52,416 nucleotides of DNA from Eubacteriales bacterium (GTDB lineage: Bacteria > Bacillota > Clostridia > Oscillospirales > CAG-272). Below are positions 38,415-46,586 of the stretch, in pieces. The translations under genes and the position numbers were made by a program. Below the pieces are notes generated by a model. It made no database searches and was not told the origin of the DNA. It saw only the letters and a list, made by a program, of their open reading frames with translations. How positions within the stretch are numbered: the stretch's first letter is position 1; each line of letters opens with the position of its first letter. Location of the stretch: the NCBI GenBank assembly GCA_045580755.1, contig JAZNOI010000119.1:1-52416 (forward strand). Reading direction: 5' to 3'.

Positions 38415-40742
38415 ATGTTTGAGAATTTTAAGACATTCGAGTATGAATTGTCAGGCAGAAAGCTTGTAATTGAAACAGGCAAAATGGCAGGCCTTGCAAA
38501 CGGTTCCTGCTTGGTTCGCTTTGGCGACACGGTTATTCTTGCGACCGCAACGGCAAGTGCAAAACCCAGAGACGGTATAGATTTTTTACCCCTTTCGGTT
38601 GATTTTGAAGAAAGACTTTATGCTGTGGGCAGAATCCCCGGCGGTTATCTCAAGAGAGAAGGCAAGCCTTCCGAAAAGGCTATTCTTACATCTCGTGTAA
38701 TTGACAGACCTATCAGACCCTTGTTCCCTAAGGATCTTCGTAATGACGTAAACCTCAGCCTTACCGTGCTTTGCGTTGACAACGACAACAGCCCCGAGAT
38801 CGCAGGTATGATCGGTGCTTCTATCGCACTTTCAATATCCGATATTCCGTGGAACGGTCCTATCGCAGGCGTTTTCGTAGGTTTGGTTGACGGACAGGTA
38901 GTTCTCAACCCCACCGTTGAACAGAGAGAGAAGAGCGATCTCGAGCTTACCGTAGCCGGAAGCCTTAACAAAGTAGTTATGATCGAAGCGGGCGCAAAGG
39001 AAGTTGCAGACGACACTATGTACGATGCAATTATGATCGCTCACGAAGAGATCAAGAATATCTGTAACTTTATTAACACCATCGTTGCAGAGGTTGGTAA
39101 ACCCAAGTTTGAGTATCCTTCTTGCGAATTTGACCACGATATGTTTGACAAAGTGTTTGATTTCTGCGAAAAGGACGTTATGTTTGCACTTGACACCGAC
39201 GACAAGAACGTTCGTGACGAGAGAATGCAGCCTATAACCGATGCGATCGTTGAGAAGTTCAGCGAAGAATATCCCGAAATGCCCGAAATTATCGGAGAAC
39301 TCATTTACAAGATCCAGAAGAAGATCGTTCGTCGTTGGTTGCTTGAAGACCAGAAACGTGTTGACGGCAGAAGAATGGACCAGATCAGACCCCTTGCGGC
39401 TGAAGTCGGCTTGTTCAACCGCACGCACGGAAGCGGTATGTTTACCCGTGGACAGACACAGGTCATGACTATCGCAACGCTCGGTCCCATAGGCGATGCT
39501 CAGATGCTCGTCGGTATCGACACCGAAGAAACGAAGAGATATATGCACCATTACAATATGCCCGGTTACTCGGTAGGTGAAGCAAAGTCTTCCAGAGGCC
39601 CCGGCAGACGTGAGATCGGTCACGGCGCATTGGCAGAGCGTTCACTCGTTCCCGTGCTTCCCTCGGTTGAAGAATTCCCCTATGCTATCAGATGCGTATC
39701 CGAAGTTATCAGCTCGAACGGTTCAACGTCTCAGGCTTCGGTATGCGGCTCTACACTTGCTCTTATGGATGCAGGTGTTCCGATCAAGGCTCCCGTTGCA
39801 GGTATTTCCTGCGGTCTTATTACCGAAGGTGAACGCTGGATGACGATGATCGACATTCAGGGACTTGAAGATTTCTACGGCGATATGGACTTTAAGGTTG
39901 CGGGTACTCACAAGGGTATCACCTCCATTCAGATGGACCTTAAGATCGACGGTCTTACACCCGAAATTATTAAGAATGCTCTCGAAGTAACACATAAGGG
40001 CAGAGATTACATCATCGATGAGATCCTTCTCAAGGCTATTCCCGAAGCAAGAGCTGACGTTTCCGAATATGCTCCCAAAATGCTCACTATGCACATTGAT
40101 CCCGATAAGATCAGAGAAGTTATCGGTTCCGGCGGTAAAGTAATTCAGAAGATCGTTGCCGATACGGGCGCTAAGATCGATATCGAAGACGACGGTACTA
40201 TCTATATCTCCGCAGTAAACAGAGACAGCGCTTATGCGGCAAAAGAGATCATTGACGGTATCGTGTTTGAACCCGAAGTAGGTGCTATCTACACGGGTAA
40301 GGTAACGAGAGTTATTCCGATAGGCGCATTCGTTGAATTTGCTCCCGGAAAAGAAGGTCTCGTACACATCAGCAAGCTCGACTACAAGAGAGTAGAAAAG
40401 GTTGAAGACGTTTGCAACGAAGGCGACGTTATCACCGTTAAGTTTATGGGAACGGACGAAAAGGGAAGACTCAATCTTTCCAGAAAGGACGCTATGCCCA
40501 AGCCCGAAGGCTATGAGGAAAGAGAAAGACGTCCCCGCCCCAATAACAACGACAGACCCCGCAACAACGGCGGAGATAAGTTCAGAGAGAACCCCAACAG
40601 ACGCCCCTACAACAGAGAAGAGCGCAAGAATGATGCTCCCGCTGAAGTAAAGGTCGAAGAACCTAAGGTTGAAGAACCCAAGGTCGAAGCTCCCGCAGAA
40701 CCTGAAAGCAAAGGCTTCTTCGGATTCTTCAAAAAGAAATAA
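38415..40742 (+). CDS. pnp: polyribonucleotide nucleotidyltransferase
   Basis: SRVIDRPIRP, RRE(I)GHG, SNGSTSQAS, DFYGDMDFKVAG, KH and S1 domains; GGAGG RBS before 38415. Confidence 0.98.
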   Translation: MFENFKTFEYELSGRKLVIETGKMAGLANGSCLVRFGDTVILATATASAKPRDGIDFLPLSVDFEERLYAVGRIPGGYLKREGKPSEKAILTSRVIDRPIRPLFPKDLRNDVNLSLTVLCVDNDNSPEIAGMIGASIALSISDIPWNGPIAGVFVGLVDGQVVLNPTVEQREKSDLELTVAGSLNKVVMIEAGAKEVADDTMYDAIMIAHEEIKNICNFINTIVAEVGKPKFEYPSCEFDHDMFDKVFDFCEKDVMFALDTDDKNVRDERMQPITDAIVEKFSEEYPEMPEIIGELIYKIQKKIVRRWLLEDQKRVDGRRMDQIRPLAAEVGLFNRTHGSGMFTRGQTQVMTIATLGPIGDAQMLVGIDTEETKRYMHHYNMPGYSVGEAKSSRGPGRREIGHGALAERSLVPVLPSVEEFPYAIRCVSEVISSNGSTSQASVCGSTLALMDAGVPIKAPVAGISCGLITEGERWMTMIDIQGLEDFYGDMDFKVAGTHKGITSIQMDLKIDGLTPEIIKNALEVTHKGRDYIIDEILLKAIPEARADVSEYAPKMLTMHIDPDKIREVIGSGGKVIQKIVADTGAKIDIEDDGTIYISAVNRDSAYAAKEIIDGIVFEPEVGAIYTGKVTRVIPIGAFVEFAPGKEGLVHISKLDYKRVEKVEDVCNEGDVITVKFMGTDEKGRLNLSRKDAMPKPEGYEERERRPRPNNNDRPRNNGGDKFRENPNRRPYNREERKNDAPAEVKVEEPKVEEPKVEAPAEPESKGFFGFFKKK

Positions 40743-40757
40743 GCATAAATGATCAAT

Positions 40758-40793
40758 AAAAATGCCCGTTAAAAAACGGGCATTTTTTGTTTT
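40758..40793 (+). terminator. intrinsic terminator after pnp
   Basis: AAAATGCCCGTT-aaaa-AACGGGCATTTTTT. Confidence 0.85.
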
Positions 40794-40794
40794 G

Positions 40795-40833
40795 AATACA
40801 AAAGTAGAGAGTGCGTGGTCTGCACACACTCTC
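40795..40833 (+). repeat. dispersed palindrome, copy 2
   Basis: AATACA-aaagta-GAGAGTGcGTG-gtctg-CACaCACTCTC. Confidence 0.55.
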
Positions 40834-40851
40834 AGTTGAAAAAATATGCGT

Positions 40852-40885
40852 AAAAAACGCCCTCATTTCTTGAGGGCGTCTTTTG
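40852..40885 (-). terminator. terminator of the 40892-42097 gene
   Basis: AAAAAACGCCCTCA-tttct-TGAGGGCGT. Confidence 0.8.
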
Positions 40886-40891
40886 TTGTAA

Positions 40892-42097
40892 TTAAAATTC
40901 CAGAATAACGTCTTCGATGGGGCAGCTTCTGAAGCCCTTGTCGTAAATGTGTTTGATCGCTTTAAGTACTCTTTCTCCGCAGTCGGGAATGTAGTTGACG
41001 TAGTCGGAGTAGTAATATTCTTCGTGGATCATAAGTCCGAAAATGCCGCTGTCGGGACGGAGTGCCATATAAGTATCCATCCAGGATTCGATATTTTCAG
41101 TCGGTATACCTTTGTTGTTGTTCAACACCATATCTGTATGGCAATAGTAGACATCCTCTTTGTTGTCTTTCCAAACGTCTCTGCCCTGGCTGCCTTCTTC
41201 AGCATCGGACTTGTTGTTGTATGCATCAAGACCGGCACCTCTGAGGTAAGCGGGAAGTCCGTCTCTGCCGTAATAAGAGAGATAAGCTTCGTCGTTATCG
41301 ATCTGTCTGAACGATCCGAACTGGATAAGATATCCGCCTTCACGGAAAGCGCGAAGGGGTTCGATATATCCGTTGCCCCAGTGTGCAGTCGTTGCGGGGA
41401 TAAGGGATTTAGGACCTGCAAAACGGAGTATTTCTTTGTGGACTTTTCTCATGGAATCGGCAATAAACTCACCGCTTAAATGCTTGTTGGGCATATCGGG
41501 ATAGTTTGCGTGAGCATGGTAGGAAAGCGTGAGCCAGTCGGCATTTTCTTCCCATTCCTTGCGATAGCGGTCGGTCATCATCGTGAGGTTAAAATACTCT
41601 TTATGTTCTGCAAAGTCGGCAGCAGATTCGTCGTTGAATTCATAATAGAGATTAAGGTGAACGTGTGCGCCGTAAAGCTCGTGTGCCTTTTTAAAGGGAG
41701 CAAGGAAATGATGATCGAAAAGTGAATGGTACTTTTCGGGGTATTTTGTGAGCTCGTACAGGAACACAACGCAGTCGTCAACCGTGAAATAAAACTTGTT
41801 TGTTGCGTTTTTGAGCCAGTAAACGACGATTTCGGCACGGTATCCGTTTTTTGTATCTATAGCGCACAAAGTGTTTCTGTAATTATAAAGAGGGATCTCT
41901 GCTGAATAAGTGTGTTCTTTTTCATCGTATTCTGCAGGTTTTCCGTTAATGGTAATAACTGCATTGTCGGCAGCTTTTACTTTTGCGTTAATGTAAAGAG
42001 CATCGCCGTCAAGTCTGCCTTCGTAGTTGTTGAGACAGTCTCCGTCAATATGCGAAATAAAGAAAACGGGATCGTAATTGTGGAAAAAATCGCGCAT
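40892..42097 (-). CDS. hypothetical protein, probable polysaccharide-deacetylase-like fold with an N-terminal beta domain
   Basis: YFTVDD, LSYHAHANYP and LMIHE resemble NodB/CE4-type motifs; GAGGTG RBS; own TTGATA-17-TATAAT promoter near 42130-42158. Confidence 0.5.
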   Translation of the reverse strand: MRDFFHNYDPVFFISHIDGDCLNNYEGRLDGDALYINAKVKAADNAVITINGKPAEYDEKEHTYSAEIPLYNYRNTLCAIDTKNGYRAEIVVYWLKNATNKFYFTVDDCVVFLYELTKYPEKYHSLFDHHFLAPFKKAHELYGAHVHLNLYYEFNDESAADFAEHKEYFNLTMMTDRYRKEWEENADWLTLSYHAHANYPDMPNKHLSGEFIADSMRKVHKEILRFAGPKSLIPATTAHWGNGYIEPLRAFREGGYLIQFGSFRQIDNDEAYLSYYGRDGLPAYLRGAGLDAYNNKSDAEEGSQGRDVWKDNKEDVYYCHTDMVLNNNKGIPTENIESWMDTYMALRPDSGIFGLMIHEEYYYSDYVNYIPDCGERVLKAIKHIYDKGFRSCPIEDVILEF

Positions 42098-42330
42098 TTT
42101 TATGCACCTCGCAATAATAATTTTTTTCAATTATAGCATACTAAAACGCCATTATCAATATGTTTTTTAATAAATTTACTTATTTTACAGCTGATAATTT
42201 AGGTGTATTGTGCGGTATCACGGCATTATTTTTTGTGTCATAATTTGTTGCAGATATAAATATGATAGGGTTAAAAAGGAAAAAGCGTTTTGTATATATT
42301 TACGAAATTCATTCTGCTTAGCAAAACTTG

Positions 42331-42359
42331 TTGACAAATGGAATATCCTTTGTTATAAT
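42331..42359 (+). promoter_or_regulatory. sigma-A promoter of acp
   Basis: TTGACA, 17 bp, TGtTATAAT. Confidence 0.85.
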
Positions 42360-42441
42360 TGGGGATAACGTCGGGTGTTTTTTATAAAACAGCCCTTTTT
42401 ATGATTGTTAAATTGATTACTATGCCAAGAGGAGATTATTT

Positions 42442-42672
42442 ATGTTTGAAAAAGTGAAAGAGTTATTGGTAGAATCTATGCAGATAAATCCCGAAGAAAT
42501 AACGATGAAGAGCGAGCTTATCGGCGATCTCGGAATCAATTCTTTGGAGCTTGCCGATCTTATACTTACCGTTGAAGAAAAGTTCGACATTGAAGTAAAC
42601 GACGAAGATATTCACAAGTTCGTTACGGTAGGCGACGTTGTAAACTATCTTTCCGAGGCAGTTGGCGAATAA
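42442..42672 (+). CDS. acpP: acyl carrier protein
   Basis: 76 aa, acidic; DLGINSLELADL, EEKFDIEV, TVGDVVNY. Confidence 0.88.
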   Translation: MFEKVKELLVESMQINPEEITMKSELIGDLGINSLELADLILTVEEKFDIEVNDEDIHKFVTVGDVVNYLSEAVGE

Positions 42673-42745
42673 TACTTTTGACTTTTTGACAGCGGACTTT
42701 CGTCGGCTGTCTTGATGTTTGTATGAAAAAAACGGTTAGAGGGAA

Positions 42746-43369
42746 GTGAAAAATGTGTTCGAGTTTTTTATAACCTTGGTAATAATAGGTTGTATAGCCC
42801 TTGTTCTCTGGGGAGCATGGAACATATATTCCGGTATGCTGGCGAGCAAAATAATGCAAAACGGCAGAAATAAAAAGAATTTTACATACAACTATCTCAG
42901 CGTCAGATTCAGCAGATTGAATACGATGAAGAACGTTAGACTTGAGGTTAGAAACAGAGATGCGGAAAACGGCAGATATGTTTCGGACATCGGTCTTGTG
43001 TTTGTAAACAGGGGCGGCGTTTTTATTATAGATCAAAATGCAGGCTCCGGATTTATCGATGTTAATCAAGGCGGAAAATGGAGCAGAGTGATCAACGATA
43101 AGTATTTTGCTTTCGACGATCCTTTTATAAAGAACACCGTGAGAGTAAAGGATATGAAAACCTTTCTGCACGACGAGGGCGTGGACAACGTGCCCATTCA
43201 CAACATAGTGTTGTTTACCGGCAGACGCGTTAAGTTTTCAAAGCGCTTGAACGGACTTATCAATGCTGACGAGCTCACTCCTTTTATGATAGACTTGAAC
43301 AAAGACAAGTTTTTGACCGGCGGCGAGATCAGAAAGATCGTAAAGCTTATAAAGAGCAAACAAATATAA
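42746..43369 (+). CDS. membrane-anchored NERD-domain-like protein
   Basis: N-terminal TM; pattern DIGLVFVNRGGVFIID...GFI...W...F.DP...N matches NERD layout, catalytic residues altered. Confidence 0.6.
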   Translation: MKNVFEFFITLVIIGCIALVLWGAWNIYSGMLASKIMQNGRNKKNFTYNYLSVRFSRLNTMKNVRLEVRNRDAENGRYVSDIGLVFVNRGGVFIIDQNAGSGFIDVNQGGKWSRVINDKYFAFDDPFIKNTVRVKDMKTFLHDEGVDNVPIHNIVLFTGRRVKFSKRLNGLINADELTPFMIDLNKDKFLTGGEIRKIVKLIKSKQI

Positions 43370-43401
43370 AAAACTGTGCGATGGTTCGCACGGTTTTTTT
43401 G
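43369..43401 (+). terminator. intrinsic terminator
   Basis: AAAAACTGTGCGA-tggt-TCGCACGGTTTTTTT. Confidence 0.8.
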
Positions 43402-43407
43402 TTATTG

Positions 43408-43449
43408 AATACAACAGGAGAGAGTGTGTGCGAAAGCACACACTCTCTC
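43408..43449 (+). repeat. dispersed palindrome, copy 3
   Basis: AATACA-acag-GAGAGAGTGTGTGC-gaaa-GCACACACTCTCTC, a perfect 14-bp stem. Confidence 0.6.
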
Positions 43450-43477
43450 TTGCTTCTGTTTGTTATCGGATGTTAAT

Positions 43478-44272
43478 TTATCTATGCTTTTTTGAAATGA
43501 GTTTTGCAGAAAAAAGCCACGCTGTAACAAAAGCTAAAACGTTTATTAAAACGGTTATCACAGTGTTGATAAAGAAGTCGAGCGTGAGCAACATCGTGAG
43601 CGGATCGCTGAAGAACGAGCCGTTGAACTTATCTTGGTCAAATGGGAAGAAAACGTAGTGCAGATATTCCCAAAGAGTGCTTGAAAAGCTGTCCAAAGAA
43701 AAACCGGATGCGCATGTTTTTATAAAGACGATCAGCATGAATATAAACGCGCAGGCGAGTATTCCCAATACGGTAAACAAAGAATATTTGAAGATCAGAT
43801 CGCGAACGCCTTTTTTGTGTGTCAGCATCCAGACACCCGACAGTATCAGTATCAAAACGATGAATACCGCGATGGCTTTTACAGTTTCAAAGAGCTCTCT
43901 GACGTCGTCCATGTGTTTTATTGACGTTTCGCAGAAAATATCAACGTTGTCCTGCGGTTGACCGTTTATTAAAACACCGTTCATCTGCAGCGAAAAGCTT
44001 GTTTTTTTACCGTTCAGAAAGTCTGTTATGTGTTCTATGACCTCGTCGATCTGCTTGTTTGTGAATTGGGCGTTTTTACCGGAAATACCGCCGATATACT
44101 TGACGGTGATTGTCTGCCCGTCTTCGGGATACAGACCGCATTTTTCAAGCTGGTTTACGTAATATTGGTTGCGGGTAGAAATAACAAGAGCAGGGAAGAT
44201 TATTGCCGAAAGTACAAGACAAACAGTAAACAGAATGATCGATAATCTGTGGATTACTTGTGTTTTTTTCAT
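43478..44272 (-). CDS. DUF1461 / lipoprotein intramolecular transacylase (Lit)-like membrane protein
   Basis: About 4 TM helices; KHMDDVRELF, YLHYVFF and DPLTMLL..DFF motifs. Confidence 0.7.
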   Translation of the reverse strand: MKKTQVIHRLSIILFTVCLVLSAIIFPALVISTRNQYYVNQLEKCGLYPEDGQTITVKYIGGISGKNAQFTNKQIDEVIEHITDFLNGKKTSFSLQMNGVLINGQPQDNVDIFCETSIKHMDDVRELFETVKAIAVFIVLILILSGVWMLTHKKGVRDLIFKYSLFTVLGILACAFIFMLIVFIKTCASGFSLDSFSSTLWEYLHYVFFPFDQDKFNGSFFSDPLTMLLTLDFFINTVITVLINVLAFVTAWLFSAKLISKKHR

Positions 44273-44309
44273 AAGAATACCTCCGAAATAATATGTAAAA
44301 ACTAAATGC

Positions 44310-45026
44310 TTATGCTATGAAAGCCCAGATAACTGCCACTAGTATGGCGGGGAGCATATTTGCTACCTTAACAGAGTTTTTGCTCAAGAGGTTAAGCCCC
44401 ACGCAGAAGATGAGGATCGAGCCGGTGAGCGACAGGTTGTGAAGTGCCGCTTCCGTCATATAAGGCTCGATAAACTTAGCCGCCAAGGTGAATCCGCCTT
44501 GGAGTATAAATACGGGAATGACCGAAAAAACACAGCCTTTTCCCATTGATGAAGTCATAACGATGATGATAATAAAGTCCAAAAGGGATTTTATTAAAAG
44601 TATGCTGTAGTTACCGAACAGACCGTCCTCTATTGAGCCTACGACCGTCATAGCTCCGATGCAAACTGTGATCGATGCGCTTACGAATCCGTCAACGAAA
44701 GAGGTATCTTTTCCGTTGCCCGTCTTTTTCTTCAGCCATTCACCGAAATGCTCGATCTTTTCGTCGATATTTATCAGCTCTCCGATCAGAGTGCCTATCG
44801 CAAAACTGCCGATCATCATTAGTGTTCCGCCGCTTGTGAGTTTTCCGTCCGATATAGACATTATTTTTTCCAATGCACCGCTTATGCCGATGAACATAAC
44901 GCATATACCGGTTGATTTTATAAGGGCGCTCTGTAATGATTCTTTCAAGAATTTTCCGAACAAAGCGCCGATGATGCCGCCGCCGAGTATTGCGGCGACG
45001 TTAATGATCGTTCCAAGTCCTATCAT
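44310..45026 (-). CDS. DUF554 family membrane protein
   Basis: GTIINVAAILGG, GELINID, FVDGFVSAS, CIGAM.VVGSIEDG, KVANMLPA. Confidence 0.88.
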   Translation of the reverse strand: MIGLGTIINVAAILGGGIIGALFGKFLKESLQSALIKSTGICVMFIGISGALEKIMSISDGKLTSGGTLMMIGSFAIGTLIGELINIDEKIEHFGEWLKKKTGNGKDTSFVDGFVSASITVCIGAMTVVGSIEDGLFGNYSILLIKSLLDFIIIIVMTSSMGKGCVFSVIPVFILQGGFTLAAKFIEPYMTEAALHNLSLTGSILIFCVGLNLLSKNSVKVANMLPAILVAVIWAFIA

Positions 45027-45073
45027 GATTATTTCCTATGTGTGCTGTGTGAACTGACAATTTTTAATGATTT

Positions 45074-45757
45074 TTAACAAAACATTTTGTAAAGCGAGCT
45101 CGTTCCGAGTCTCGATGCGCCGAGATCGAGAAATCTGACCGCGTCGTCGATCGATTTTATGCCGCCCGCCGCTTTTACTTTGATTCTTTCGCCGACCTCG
45201 TTTGCCATAAGCTCTACGTCGTGGAACGTCGCGCCGCCGCCCGCAAAGCCCGTCGAGGTTTTTATGTACTCAGCTCCGCTTTTTACGACGATATCGCACA
45301 TGATCTTTTTTTCGTCGTCGGTCAAAAGGCATGTTTCGATTATAACCTTGAGAAGCTTTCCGTCACACGCTTTTTTGACCTCTTTTATCTCGTCGAGAAC
45401 AGTCTCGGTTTTTCCGGCTTTCAGATCGCCTACGTTTATGACCATATCGATTTCGACAGCGCCGTTTTTTACTGCGTTTGCCGTTTCAAATACTTTTGTT
45501 TCTTTTGTCATATATCCGTTCGGAAAGCCGATAACCGTGCATATTGCAAGTTTTTTTCCGCAGTATTCGGCAGCCTCTTTAACGAATGAAGGCGGGATAC
45601 ATACGGAAGCCGTTTTTGCAGCCATTCCTTCGTCGCAGATCCTTTTTACGTCTGTCCACGTTGCATCTTGTTTGAGGATCGTGTGATCGCAATGGGACAA
45701 GATCTCTCTGCCTGTATATTTGCCGTATGTTTTGTCAAGTTTTGTTTGGTCGAGCAT
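45074..45757 (-). CDS. deoC: deoxyribose-phosphate aldolase
   Basis: DHTILK, CTVIGFPNG, EIDMVIN, LKVIIETCLL, IKTSTGF, VKAAGGI, RLGTS. Confidence 0.96.
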   Translation of the reverse strand: MLDQTKLDKTYGKYTGREILSHCDHTILKQDATWTDVKRICDEGMAAKTASVCIPPSFVKEAAEYCGKKLAICTVIGFPNGYMTKETKVFETANAVKNGAVEIDMVINVGDLKAGKTETVLDEIKEVKKACDGKLLKVIIETCLLTDDEKKIMCDIVVKSGAEYIKTSTGFAGGGATFHDVELMANEVGERIKVKAAGGIKSIDDAVRFLDLGASRLGTSSLYKMFC

Positions 45758-45758
45758 A

Positions 45759-46361
45759 TTATTTTTCCTCGTTGTACTTGTCTGTAATTCTGATCTCTTT
45801 TATTTTCGGACGGTAATCTCTGTGAACGGTGCCGTTGGCGTCTGTTACGACAGCCGTTGAGCAGATAAGGTCAACGACTTCCATACCTTCGGTAACGTAT
45901 CCGAAAGCCGCATACTTACCGTCGAGGAACAGCGAGTCTTGGTGAACGATAAAGAACTGCGAAGATGGGCTGTTATAATCGTTTCCGGTTCTTGCCATAG
46001 AGAGTGTACCTCTTGTATGCTGAAGGGTGTTTTGTACGCCGTTTTCCATAAATTCACCCTTGATGGTTTTGTCGCTTCCTCCGATGCCGTCGCCGTCGGG
46101 ATCGCCGCCCTGCATCATAAATCCGTTCATTATTCTGTGGAATTCAATGCCGTCGTAAAAATCGGATTCGACCAGCTCGACGAAATTTGCGACCGTTATG
46201 GGCGCATATTTTGATTCGAGAACTGCCGTGATCGTGCCGTATTCTTCTATTTCTATTTCGATCTCATAGAAGTCGTATTCCGGTTTTACTCCCGAGTCCG
46301 AGCAAGCAAAAAGTGTGAACGTCGATATAACGACGAGAATTAAACATATAAGCTTTTTCAT
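45759..46361 (-). CDS. cyclophilin-type peptidyl-prolyl isomerase lipoprotein
   Basis: Lipobox LFAC; APITVANF, FHRIMNGFMMQGGD, GTLSMAR, SQFFI, LDGKYAAFG. Confidence 0.92.
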   Translation of the reverse strand: MKKLICLILVVISTFTLFACSDSGVKPEYDFYEIEIEIEEYGTITAVLESKYAPITVANFVELVESDFYDGIEFHRIMNGFMMQGGDPDGDGIGGSDKTIKGEFMENGVQNTLQHTRGTLSMARTGNDYNSPSSQFFIVHQDSLFLDGKYAAFGYVTEGMEVVDLICSTAVVTDANGTVHRDYRPKIKEIRITDKYNEEK

Positions 46362-46503
46362 TTTTTGATCTCCTTGATATACAGTTGAGAAAATATTACC
46401 ACAAAATCTTTGTTTTTTCAAGTGGAGAGAGCACAAAAAGAGCGAATATTAATTTTTTGCCGTTTTCTTAAGACAAAAGAGATTATGTTAAGTCATTACG
46501 GTC

Positions 46504-46532
46504 TTGACATATCATGGATAATAGGATATAAT
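46504..46532 (+). promoter_or_regulatory. sigma-A promoter of the giant secreted protein
   Basis: TTGACA, 17 bp, TATAAT. Confidence 0.85.
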
Positions 46533-46586
46533 ATATAATATTAACAAAATCAATAACGAATATATCGTTTGTTTAGGGAGTATTGT

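Noticed and set aside
39723-40829. 368-aa ORF antisense to pnp (also 38832-39623, 35004-35849, 20065-20823, 46512-47441)
   Set aside because: Shadow ORFs of well-supported genes, with no RBS or family motifs.
28014-43449. Dispersed hairpins or intragenic repeats as a CRISPR array
   Set aside because: No regularly spaced direct repeats with unique spacers and no cas genes in the window.
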